Positions 50,118 to 59,401 of a DNA stretch of 64,000 bases are shown here, piece after piece. The stretch is from Planctomycetota bacterium. Lineage in GTDB: Bacteria; Planctomycetota; UBA8108; UBA1146. Every line of letters starts with the position of its first letter. The stretch's first letter is position 1. The DNA lies in the NCBI GenBank assembly GCA_036338595.1, contig JAYZBV010000077.1, positions 1-64,000 on the forward strand, given 5' to 3'. A model generated the notes under the pieces. It did no database searches. It was not told where the DNA came from and saw only the letters and a list, made by a program, of their open reading frames with translations. Position numbers and translations under genes: made by a program.

Positions 50118-51352
50118 GGAAACTGACGCTGTTTCTCGTCGCTTTTCTGACGCTGGTCAGTTTCGCCGATGATGTTGCTGCCGCCGATGTCACGGTCTTT
50201 CGAGTCGGCAAGATCATCACCATGGATGATGATGACCGGGTCATCAACAACGCTGTCGTGGTGGTTGTCGATGGGAAGATCACATCGTTAGGTCGATCAC
50301 GAGATATCGAGATCCCCGACGGAGCAGAGGTCATCGACCGGCCACAACTATGGTTGGTCCCGGGAATGGTCGAGTGCCACAACCACACCGGAGGGTCCAG
50401 CCCTGACCTTCACGATTACATCTACCTGACCAATCCTGGCCTGCGAACCCTCGAGTCCGTGGTCCCTGACGGTAAGGAGATGGAACGTGCCAGGGCCGGA
50501 GGAGTCACCACCGTGCTGACGATTCCGGGCAGCGGCAATAACATGTCTGGCTTCGGCACCATCTTGAAGACAGCAGGCACCGGCACGGTCAAGGAAGCTG
50601 TACTGAAGGCTCCTGGATCGTTGAAGATCGCCCAGGCAGGGAACCCTGAGCGATACTTTTACGGTGTGGGTCGATCCTTCATGAACTTCAATACACGCCA
50701 GACCCTGCGCAAGGCGAGAGACTACCACCTCGCTCGAACGGCGTGGGAAGAGGGGAAACTGGCTGCTGAACCTCCGAAGGATCTTCACTGGGAGGAGTTC
50801 CGACCGCTCTTTCGCAGAGAGACGGTCGCATCGGTGCACACCCAGATTTTCCAGGTGCTGATGACCACCGTGAAGATGGTCGCAGGAGAGTTCGGAATTC
50901 GTACCGTGCTCGACCACTCCACCTTTGACGCCTGGAAGGTGGCGAGGCTGGTCAATGAAGACGAGAGCATCTACACCATCAACGGGCCGCGTCAGATTCA
51001 CTATGACCGTACTCAACGTCGGATCATGGGGAATGCTGGGCGCTGGTGGCAGGGAGGCGTGCGACGACTGGGGATCAATACCGACTCTCCGGTGATCCCC
51101 CAGGAGGAGTTGTTCTATCAGGCAGCGATGGCTTGCTACTACGGCTGGACTCCCTACGAGGCTCTCAAGGGGGTGACACGGATTCCTGCAGAAGCACTGA
51201 TGATGGACCACCGACTCGGCAGTATCACGGTAGGCCTGGACGCGGATTTCTGCCTCTGGACAGGCGACCCGATCGATCCTCGTTCATCGTGCGAACTGAC
51301 CATCATCGATGGCAAGGTGACCTACGACGCCAGCGGAAAGCGGGTCTTCTGA
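50114..51352 (+). CDS. Secreted amidohydrolase 6 with an apparently intact metal centre
   Basis: ATGA overlap; LVPGMVECHNHTG (HxH), SLKIAQAGNP (Lys), SVHTQ, LDHST, INTDSP (Asp), GSITVGLDADF. Confidence 0.88.
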   Translation: MRKLTLFLVAFLTLVSFADDVAAADVTVFRVGKIITMDDDDRVINNAVVVVVDGKITSLGRSRDIEIPDGAEVIDRPQLWLVPGMVECHNHTGGSSPDLHDYIYLTNPGLRTLESVVPDGKEMERARAGGVTTVLTIPGSGNNMSGFGTILKTAGTGTVKEAVLKAPGSLKIAQAGNPERYFYGVGRSFMNFNTRQTLRKARDYHLARTAWEEGKLAAEPPKDLHWEEFRPLFRRETVASVHTQIFQVLMTTVKMVAGEFGIRTVLDHSTFDAWKVARLVNEDESIYTINGPRQIHYDRTQRRIMGNAGRWWQGGVRRLGINTDSPVIPQEELFYQAAMACYYGWTPYEALKGVTRIPAEALMMDHRLGSITVGLDADFCLWTGDPIDPRSSCELTIIDGKVTYDASGKRVF

Positions 51353-52692
51353 TGGGTGGTCGAACTCAACTCCTCCCGAGGTGGGCAAGCTGTTTGATGG
51401 TGTTGCTGGTTGCACTGCCAACTCTACCAGCGCAGGCGACTGACGATGCGGATCGTGTCACGGTGATTCGAGCCTCGCGTGTCATCACAGGCACCGGAGA
51501 GATCCTTGAACCAGGCGAAGTTGTTTTCGAGGACGGCAAGATCTCATTGGTTGGAAATCAACTGGAGTATCCCAAGAATGCCAGGATCATCGATGCCCGG
51601 GGGCAGACGCTGATGGCAGGGATGATCCTCGCGCGCTCCAGGCATGGTCTCAGCAATCTTTCGCGAAATGGGATCCATTGTGATTGGTCGCCGTTGCGAC
51701 AGCTGAATGATCAGGAGATGCCCTGGGCTGAATTTCTGGAAGCCGGCATTGTTGCCGCTTCGCTGGTTCCTGCTGGCTCAGGATTTCCAGGACATGCAGT
51801 GGTGGTCAACACAGCGCCCGAGAGTACTGACCGAATCCTCAATGAATCCGCCTTCTTGCCCCTCAATGGAAGAACATCATCTGGACTATACGCCTCGATC
51901 GACAAGGCGTTTGGTGGTGCGAGAGGTGAGATAGAGAAGGTCGAGAAGGCAAGAGAGCAGTGGGACAAGGAACAAGAAGAGGCGAAGAAGAAGGCTGAAG
52001 AAGAATCCGGGAAGAAGGATGGGGAAGCGGCCGAGGAGAAAAAGAAGGATGGGGAAGCCAAGGATGACAAACCCAAGGAGTTCACCCCACCCGAGATGAA
52101 TCCTTCGGTCGTCGAACTGGTCAAGATTCTTCAGGAAAAAGATGACGCTCTTCCGATCGTATTTGATGCGAGCACGCCTGGATTGATCCTTCACTTCGAT
52201 GCTGCCATGGCAGATGTGAAGGAATTGAAGGACCGCGACCCGTTGGGGATCTTCATCCTGCCCGGCACTCGAAATGGTGCCTTCCATCAGGTGGTGGAGA
52301 TGCTCGCCGAACGAAAGGCCACGGTGTTGATTCCGCCTGGTCTCAGTGCTCTTCCCGATACCTACACGAGGATTTCGATTCCCGTGGCGCTGTCTCGTGC
52401 CGGTTGCACTCTGGTGACGATACCGCGCACAGACAATCCTGAGGGGATGAGGAACATCCCTGGCATGCTGGCAGAGCTGGTTCGATATGGTCTCAGCCGC
52501 GAGGCCGCACTGGCCTCGGTCACTACCGAGCCCGCCCGGTTGCTTGGACTTGGAGATCGTATGGGAACCGTCGAGGCAGGTAAGGAGCCGCACTTCGTAC
52601 TCTTCGATGCCGACCCCCTGGAGCCGGGGGCAAGGGTGATGAAGACCATCATCGCAGGCGAGGTGGTCTGGGATCGAGAGGACAACCGATGA
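51352..52692 (+). CDS. Secreted amidohydrolase-fold protein 7 (metal ligands absent)
   Basis: TGATG overlap; FEDGKISLVG, IIDARGQTLMAGMILARSRHG (no HxH), EPARLLGL..RMGTVEAGK; E/K-rich insert. Confidence 0.8.
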   Translation: MGGRTQLLPRWASCLMVLLVALPTLPAQATDDADRVTVIRASRVITGTGEILEPGEVVFEDGKISLVGNQLEYPKNARIIDARGQTLMAGMILARSRHGLSNLSRNGIHCDWSPLRQLNDQEMPWAEFLEAGIVAASLVPAGSGFPGHAVVVNTAPESTDRILNESAFLPLNGRTSSGLYASIDKAFGGARGEIEKVEKAREQWDKEQEEAKKKAEEESGKKDGEAAEEKKKDGEAKDDKPKEFTPPEMNPSVVELVKILQEKDDALPIVFDASTPGLILHFDAAMADVKELKDRDPLGIFILPGTRNGAFHQVVEMLAERKATVLIPPGLSALPDTYTRISIPVALSRAGCTLVTIPRTDNPEGMRNIPGMLAELVRYGLSREAALASVTTEPARLLGLGDRMGTVEAGKEPHFVLFDADPLEPGARVMKTIIAGEVVWDREDNR

Positions 52693-54083
52693 GCACGAAA
52701 ATGAGAGCCTCTCTGGTGATGCTGGCGGTCTTCTTCATGGTGACCGACATTCCGATCAACTTCGGACATCGAGTCCAGATGGCCGGAATCTCGGAGGCAC
52801 AGGACCCGCCACGCCGTCGCCGGCGTGGGCGCCGACCACCGCCCCCTGCGCCAGCACCTGAACCGGAGAAAGAGGAGACGGAGCCAGAGGATCCCGGTGG
52901 CGAGTACCTTGCCATCGTGGGTGCCACCATCCACACCATCACGGGGCCAGTGATTCGCGGCGGAACCGTGTTGTGCAAGGATGGGAAGATCATCTCCATC
53001 GGGGAAGACATCGTGGCGCCCTCGGATGCTGAAAAGATCGACGCTACCGGACACCATCTCTATCCGGGCCTTGTCGCCTTTCGGTCCAGTGGCCTTGTCG
53101 GCTCAGGGGAGCCGGAAAAGACCCAGGATCCGTTTGCGCTCGGCACGGTGATGGGGCTGGCAGCAGGAATCACCTCGACGTGGAACGGCAGCCGTGTCTG
53201 TAAGTTGATTCGAGGCGAAGTCAGCGACCTGACGCTTCGAAACAAGGCCTTCACCTCGATCAGCTATAACAGCAGGAACCCATCCGGGAAACGCGAACTT
53301 CGCGAAGCGCTCGAGAAAGTCCAGGAACACCTCAGGGAACTGGAACGGCACGAGAGTGACAAGAAGGAAAACCCGGATGCGAAAGCTCCCGACGAGAAGT
53401 GGATTCGTGGCCTTTTCTCTACAGCACGCAATTTGCTGACCGGCAAGAGTATTGCACTGACCCGGGCCTCGACCATCTACGATCTACGTGAGGTTTGTGA
53501 GCTGGCCAGGCGGTTTGAATTCGAGATGGTCATCGAGGGAGCTGAAGAGGCATGGATCGAACCCGGAGTGCTGGCGCGCTGCAGGGCATCCGTGGTGTTG
53601 ACTCCTCGTAGTCGCCGAGACCGGGATGAGAGCCGTGGGGCTGCAGGGGGATCCAGCATCGAGAATGCCAGGATCCTGTACGAGCATGGAGTGCCCGTGA
53701 CCATCATGCCGGGCAGTCGAGGAATCGCCTTGTGGGGTCTCGCAGGCCGGGATCTGTCGCACCTACCCCTGGAAGCGGCATTTGCCGTCAGAGGTGGATT
53801 GTCTGAGGATGTGGCGGTGCAGTCGATCACCATCGAACCCGCACGTCTGCTCGGAGTGGCGGATCGAATCGGGTCGATCGAGGTGGGAAAGGATGCCGAC
53901 TTCATCATCATGGATGGCGACCTCCTCTCGTACATGTCTCATGTACGGTGGGCTGTCATCGACGGCAAGATCCAGTACGACAAGGCTGAAGAAGGCCTTC
54001 TGGATCACATACGCCCCGCCGGTGAAGATGAACCCAAGCCTCCCGAAGACCACTGGCCGCGTCGACTCGGAGATCCTCTCTAG
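52689..54083 (+). CDS. Secreted amidohydrolase-fold protein 8 (metal ligands absent)
   Basis: ATGA overlap; KDGKIISIG, IDATGHHLYPGLVAFRSSGL (no HxH), EPARLLGVADRIGSIEVGKDADF. Confidence 0.82.
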   Translation: MSTKMRASLVMLAVFFMVTDIPINFGHRVQMAGISEAQDPPRRRRRGRRPPPPAPAPEPEKEETEPEDPGGEYLAIVGATIHTITGPVIRGGTVLCKDGKIISIGEDIVAPSDAEKIDATGHHLYPGLVAFRSSGLVGSGEPEKTQDPFALGTVMGLAAGITSTWNGSRVCKLIRGEVSDLTLRNKAFTSISYNSRNPSGKRELREALEKVQEHLRELERHESDKKENPDAKAPDEKWIRGLFSTARNLLTGKSIALTRASTIYDLREVCELARRFEFEMVIEGAEEAWIEPGVLARCRASVVLTPRSRRDRDESRGAAGGSSIENARILYEHGVPVTIMPGSRGIALWGLAGRDLSHLPLEAAFAVRGGLSEDVAVQSITIEPARLLGVADRIGSIEVGKDADFIIMDGDLLSYMSHVRWAVIDGKIQYDKAEEGLLDHIRPAGEDEPKPPEDHWPRRLGDPL

Positions 54084-54233
54084 AGCTTCTCCGATTCATC
54101 TCCCTTTCCTGTCCCACGCTAGCCTCGAACGGTTGCGTGGATTGACAGTATTCGCTGTGCCGAGACTATAGAGGTAGAACCTTTTCTCCTGCTGTCACGG
54201 GAGGAATTTTCCCTCGTCTCGAAGGACAGTTCG

Positions 54234-56291
54234 ATGCCATCCATCCCCAGCCGATTGCCACTGGTGAACCTCCGCATGGGGGCCCTGGTGGCACTGCTAT
54301 TACTGGCTGGTTTTGCCCCGGTTCAGGGCCAATGTGCCACCGGAGAGATCGAGTTGTTTGGCGTCAGTGCAGGGGATGGTCTTGGCCGATCAGTGGCCAT
54401 TTCGGGTGGGCGAACCTTCATCGGAGCCGTAGGTGATGATGATGGTGGGCTGCTCAGCGGCAGCGTGCGAATTTTCCAGCGAAATTTGAGTGGCTATCAA
54501 CTCGAAGAAGTATTGGTCGGACAGGCGGGTAGCCAGCTCGGCTCCTGCCTCGCGGCAGACGGCAAACTTCTGGCGGCAGGTGCCTCGGGTGCCGGGGCGG
54601 TAGAGATGTGGCGTAGAGATCGCCTCCAGTGGACCCAGATTCAGGTACTCAGTGACCCGCAGGGTCAACCAGGAGACGGTTTCGGCACCTCACTGTCACT
54701 GCACGGCGACCTGCTGGCTGCAGGAAGCCCCTATTTCGAGACCGCCCAGGGTCAGGTCGGCTGTGTCACTCTCTGGAGATTCGACTCCGCGGTGGGGTGG
54801 GAGTTGCAGGAGAGATTGCTCGCTACCGATCGTGTTTCTGGGGATCAGTTCGGTACGGCGGTTTCGCTCGCGGATGGATCCCGCTTGCTGATCGGTGCGC
54901 CAGGTAGAGATTTTCTCGGATCCGATACCGGTTCAGCGTACCTGTTCACCGGTGGAACTGACGGTTGGGTCGAGGAGTTTGACATCGGCACCGGGGCTTC
55001 TGCACCTGGTGATCGGCTGGGAACCTCGGTCGCCATCTCGGGACAGCATCTGCTGCTGGGGTCGCCATATTCGGACATCGCGGGTCCTGATGCGGGAGCG
55101 GTCGTCAACTATCAACGGGTCGGAGACATCTGGGTTCTCGGATCTCATCTGGTCCCACCTTCTGGTGCCAGTGGGTGTGCATTCGGAGCGGTTCTCGATC
55201 TCGATGGGAACCTGTTGACGGTGGGGGCTCCCACCGATACCGGTGGCGAAGCGTTTCCAGCCGGCTCCGTCTCCGTCTATCGCTGGCAGGGAAACTGGCA
55301 ACTGGTGGAATCGCTGACAGGAAACTCCAGTTCCTTCCTCGGTAGTTCGATAGCCGTGCATCGTGGCGTTGTGATCTCGGGTGCTCCCTTCGATTCTACT
55401 CTGGCACCTGTTGGCGGAAACGCCGTACTGGTGGTTCATGGAGATGAGGATTGCGATCTCGACGGGGAGCCGGATTCATGCTCGATAGCCTCAGGGCTGG
55501 TCGAGGATTGCGATCTGGACGGTGTCATAGATAGTTGCGGGATCTCGCAGGGACTGTCGATCGACTGTGATGGAGATGGCATCCCGGATTCCTGCGCAAC
55601 GCTGGAGGGCACCGTTGCCGATTGCGATGGGGATGGAGTTCCCGATATTTGCGCCATCGATTCAGGCCTTGTCACCGATTGCGATGGCGACGAGATCCCC
55701 GATGTCTGCCAGGTGGATTGCAATCAGAACCTGATCCCGGACGCGTGCGAGATCAGCCAGGATGGATTCCTCGATTGCGACAGTGATGGCTTGCTCGATA
55801 TCTGCGAACTTGAGACGGGAAGTGAACCCGATTGCGATGCCAACGGAATCATCGACAGTTGCGACCCCGATTGCAACGGCGACGGAACACCCGATGAGTG
55901 CGAGTTCCTCGAAGGAATGGCGGAAGATTGCAACAGCAATCACATTCCAGACGAGTGTGACCTTGCAGAAGCGAACAATGACACCAACTCGAACGGTCTG
56001 CTGGACTCCTGTGAAGCTGGTTTCATTCGTGGTGAGGCAGATGGGGTTGAAGGAGTTGGAATCTCCGATGCGATGCTACTGATCGCAAGGGTATTCGGCG
56101 ATGTTGCGATTCCCGATTGCCCGGAGGCCGCAGATGCAAATGCGGATGGTTTGCTGGACATCTCTGATGGACTGTATCTGCTCTACTATCTTTTCATGGG
56201 CCAGCCCGCACCCGTCTCTCCCTTTCCGGAATGCGGGATCCTACCTGTTGATGCGGTATTCAACTGTGAGATGCATCCGTCTTGTCCCTAG
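54234..56291 (+). CDS. Secreted FG-GAP beta-propeller protein with Cys/Asp calcium-binding-like repeats and C-terminal dockerin-like module
   Basis: Repeated (F/L)G.S(V/L)A..G....GAP blades; about ten DCDxDG(I/V)PDxC units; FIRGEADG...ISDA...AADANADGLLDISDG. Confidence 0.82.
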   Translation: MPSIPSRLPLVNLRMGALVALLLLAGFAPVQGQCATGEIELFGVSAGDGLGRSVAISGGRTFIGAVGDDDGGLLSGSVRIFQRNLSGYQLEEVLVGQAGSQLGSCLAADGKLLAAGASGAGAVEMWRRDRLQWTQIQVLSDPQGQPGDGFGTSLSLHGDLLAAGSPYFETAQGQVGCVTLWRFDSAVGWELQERLLATDRVSGDQFGTAVSLADGSRLLIGAPGRDFLGSDTGSAYLFTGGTDGWVEEFDIGTGASAPGDRLGTSVAISGQHLLLGSPYSDIAGPDAGAVVNYQRVGDIWVLGSHLVPPSGASGCAFGAVLDLDGNLLTVGAPTDTGGEAFPAGSVSVYRWQGNWQLVESLTGNSSSFLGSSIAVHRGVVISGAPFDSTLAPVGGNAVLVVHGDEDCDLDGEPDSCSIASGLVEDCDLDGVIDSCGISQGLSIDCDGDGIPDSCATLEGTVADCDGDGVPDICAIDSGLVTDCDGDEIPDVCQVDCNQNLIPDACEISQDGFLDCDSDGLLDICELETGSEPDCDANGIIDSCDPDCNGDGTPDECEFLEGMAEDCNSNHIPDECDLAEANNDTNSNGLLDSCEAGFIRGEADGVEGVGISDAMLLIARVFGDVAIPDCPEAADANADGLLDISDGLYLLYYLFMGQPAPVSPFPECGILPVDAVFNCEMHPSCP

Positions 56292-59200
56292 AGGGTCACC
56301 AGTTCGCCGCTCTTGACCAGCAACACACGGCAGTCGATCCTGTCCATTTCAATTCCCCAGGTTCTCGAGACTGCCAGCTTGTAACTCTCCATTTGATCGG
56401 CGTGTTTCTCCGCGGTCTGCTGCGATGATCCATTGATCTGATCCGTCTTGAAATCGATCACCTCGGCTGCCACCGATCGCCCATCTCGTTCCAGAATCAC
56501 CAATCGGTCGATGATGCCATTCAGCAGGTCGTCTCCCGTGTTGCAGCAGAAAGGTACCTCTCGTTCCAGCACCAATTGATCGCCATCACGCTTGCCGAGT
56601 CTCTGCTCCGTTTCCGCTCGGTCAAGTGTTGCCCGCAGCCCTGGCTCCTGCACCGCTTCGGTGAGTAATTTGACTGTCTCCTCGATGAAGGGAGACAGCC
56701 GAGGGTACTCCCTGGAGAGAAGTTCCTCGATGTCCGGAGGCAAGTCTGCTGTCCACTCGAGTTGTTCGAATGCAAGGTGAACCAGGGTGCCGATCGAGCG
56801 GGCACGAAACGACGCTTCGCTGGAAAAGATCGCAGAGTGTTGAGAAGGAGTTTGAACAACACCGACCGAGGGGGTCGACAGTTGTGGAACCTTCGCCTCC
56901 TGCGAAAGCGTCTCTGGCTCTCCGGGGATCAGTGCCGGACAGCCGGCATCTCCTCGCTCGTAAAGAGTGGCGCCCGGCGTGAGGGGCTGCCCCTCTCCGA
57001 GGGTATGCAGAAGTAGATGCGCAGCGGATGCTTCGGGAGGTTTTTTCGCGGGGAGAATCATGATCAAGGATCGTCTCGCCCTGGTCATCGCTACATACAT
57101 GACACTGAGGGCTTCCTGTAGCTGAGTCTGGCGAGCCTGGCGATTCATCTCGAGATACGGTTCGCCAAGGATCTGCCGATCCCGTTTGGAGATGTAACGG
57201 CTGATCCACCGTTCCCCTTGAGGATCAGTGGTCGCCCTGCGCTCGAGCAACTTGGGAAGCACCTTGAACCAATCGGGAGCCAGCTCGGGAAGGATCACCA
57301 CATCCCTTCCAAGGCCTTTCGCCTGATGCACCGTCATCACCTCGACCCGGGATCCACTCGGGGATGAGAGGTGATGAGTGCGCAGGTGAGAGATCAACTC
57401 CTCCAGGCGGCAGCCGCTAAATCGCCGGATGTGGATCTGCTCCATCATCTGACGAATTCTGACCCTGTCCTCTGGCGAACAGATCTGCGCCAATCCCTCG
57501 GCAAGGGGAGCGATCGCCTCGGTGATGCCCAGCTGGTGGATGCGGCTGCGCAGGGTATCCGAGATTTCTCGGGCGATCTGAGGATCGTTCCAGTCGCCGT
57601 CAGGATACCCGCCGATGCTCCGTGCGACCTCTGGCAGTGGCGAACGTGCCACGGCAAAGCGCATCGTCGAGTCTCCTGGATGCTCGACCAGTTCCAGCAG
57701 CGCGACCAATCTGCCCACTGCTGGAGAATCGACCAGGGGGTTGCCGCCCTCCTCACTGGCATCGATACCTCGTTCCCTGAGCGCTGCCACCATCCGGGCG
57801 ATGTTCTGGTTCTTGCGCACCAGTATCGCGATGGAGCACTCGGTCGAGATCCCGATGATTCGCTCCACTTCATCGATGGCATCGATGTAGGGGCAGACTG
57901 CGATCTCGCGGTCGGGGTGTTGCTGGGCGACCTTGAGGACGATGTGTCCTGGAGCATCTCCAGGACCACCGGCGGCACTGACATGATCATGAAAATTATC
58001 GCCCCAGTTACTGATGGCCTGGCGGTCGGTGCCGAGCCAGCCCGCAGGTGGAAGGCTGCCAAATACCGTGTTGACGCCGTCGAGGATCTCCGGCGAGGAG
58101 CGGTACGACTCGTCGAGGGTCTGGTCCGATCCTGGTTTCAAGAAATCCTGAAGCAGGTCGAGCACTTCTGCTCTGCCTCCCCGCCAGCCGTAGATCGCCT
58201 GTTTTGGATCCCCGACACAGAAGATCGATCGACCGCCATCGGAATCGCTGGCGACTTCCTCGATGAGTGGGCGAAGTGCAGCGAACTGCAACAGGGAGGT
58301 GTCCTGGAACTCATCGAGCAGCAGGTGACGCGTCGAAGCGTCGAGCCGATACAGGATGGTGTCTGCGGAGGCGAGAACGCTGGCGACCGCCAGAGCCTGA
58401 GGAATATCCTGAAACGCTACGCCGCCTCTGGTGTGCATCCCGATGCGTCGGAATTGATCGTAACTCGCCAGCAGATCACGGGTGGCGATGTTCTGGGCGC
58501 GGATCGTGCCCGAGATGTGGGCTCGCGCCATCTCGATGATGAGTTGTACCGAGATGTGGATTCTCTCGGGGATCTCGACGCGGTCGAACTTCGGCTCGCC
58601 ATTGAGGACCGCCAGAGCCAGCCCGGATTTGAACAGGCCCAGCGCATCGGCTCCGTTCGGGTCATCAAACCACGTGCCCAATCGGGCCAGCGCCCCCTCC
58701 CAGTTCTTCTTCGGAGTTCCCGCCTTTGTCAGCGGACACGCCACTGAATTGAAGAGGTCCTGCACCTTTTGAACTCGTGCATCATCCGGCCTGGTACACA
58801 TCTGGGGGTTTTGCCACGCCGAGTAGGGAAACTCGATGAACTTGTCATGGGCGTGGGAGACGATCTGCTGCAGTTGATCCGCCACCTGACTCGTTGCCTT
58901 GCCACGGCTCAAGCGGTGCATCAAGATTCGCGCATCGACCTGGCTGCCGACCGACAGGATCTGCTGGATGGCTGCCGCCTGCACCGCTTCTAGCTGGTCC
59001 TTCTCCAGGATGGTCCAGCCGGGGGGTAGCCCGCACTCGAAGGTATGGGCGACCGCAAGCCGTGCAAAAAATGCATCCAGCGTCGAGACGCCACAACGAT
59101 GCAACTGGTCGACGAGTCCTCTGAGGGCGACCTCGATCTGCGGGGAACTGGCAGGCTCGAAGCCCGCCTCGACGAGCGAGTCTTGCAGTTGTTTCAGTGC

Positions 59201-59401
59201 CTCTGGATCGACCGTTGCGGTCAGCATCCGAAGTAGCACCCGTTCCATGATTTCCCCTGCAGCGCGACGTGTAAAAGTCACTGCGAGGATCCCAGCGGGG
59301 TCCTCACCACTGGTCAGCAATCCGATGAAGCGGCTGGTCAACTGGTGCGTCTTGCCGGAACCGGCGCTGGCTCGAATCAGCAGGTGAGGTGAAAAGGTCA
59401 T
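56288..59401 (-). CDS. addA: AddA/UvrD-family helicase with C-terminal PD-(D/E)XK nuclease
   Basis: ASAGSGKT, VTFTRRAAGE, LLDEFQDTS, VGDPKQAIYGWRG, SYRS, MTVHQAKGL, YVAMTRAR, GIIDRL...IDFKTD. Confidence 0.88.
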   Translation of the reverse strand: MTFSPHLLIRASAGSGKTHQLTSRFIGLLTSGEDPAGILAVTFTRRAAGEIMERVLLRMLTATVDPEALKQLQDSLVEAGFEPASSPQIEVALRGLVDQLHRCGVSTLDAFFARLAVAHTFECGLPPGWTILEKDQLEAVQAAAIQQILSVGSQVDARILMHRLSRGKATSQVADQLQQIVSHAHDKFIEFPYSAWQNPQMCTRPDDARVQKVQDLFNSVACPLTKAGTPKKNWEGALARLGTWFDDPNGADALGLFKSGLALAVLNGEPKFDRVEIPERIHISVQLIIEMARAHISGTIRAQNIATRDLLASYDQFRRIGMHTRGGVAFQDIPQALAVASVLASADTILYRLDASTRHLLLDEFQDTSLLQFAALRPLIEEVASDSDGGRSIFCVGDPKQAIYGWRGGRAEVLDLLQDFLKPGSDQTLDESYRSSPEILDGVNTVFGSLPPAGWLGTDRQAISNWGDNFHDHVSAAGGPGDAPGHIVLKVAQQHPDREIAVCPYIDAIDEVERIIGISTECSIAILVRKNQNIARMVAALRERGIDASEEGGNPLVDSPAVGRLVALLELVEHPGDSTMRFAVARSPLPEVARSIGGYPDGDWNDPQIAREISDTLRSRIHQLGITEAIAPLAEGLAQICSPEDRVRIRQMMEQIHIRRFSGCRLEELISHLRTHHLSSPSGSRVEVMTVHQAKGLGRDVVILPELAPDWFKVLPKLLERRATTDPQGERWISRYISKRDRQILGEPYLEMNRQARQTQLQEALSVMYVAMTRARRSLIMILPAKKPPEASAAHLLLHTLGEGQPLTPGATLYERGDAGCPALIPGEPETLSQEAKVPQLSTPSVGVVQTPSQHSAIFSSEASFRARSIGTLVHLAFEQLEWTADLPPDIEELLSREYPRLSPFIEETVKLLTEAVQEPGLRATLDRAETEQRLGKRDGDQLVLEREVPFCCNTGDDLLNGIIDRLVILERDGRSVAAEVIDFKTDQINGSSQQTAEKHADQMESYKLAVSRTWGIEMDRIDCRVLLVKSGELVTL

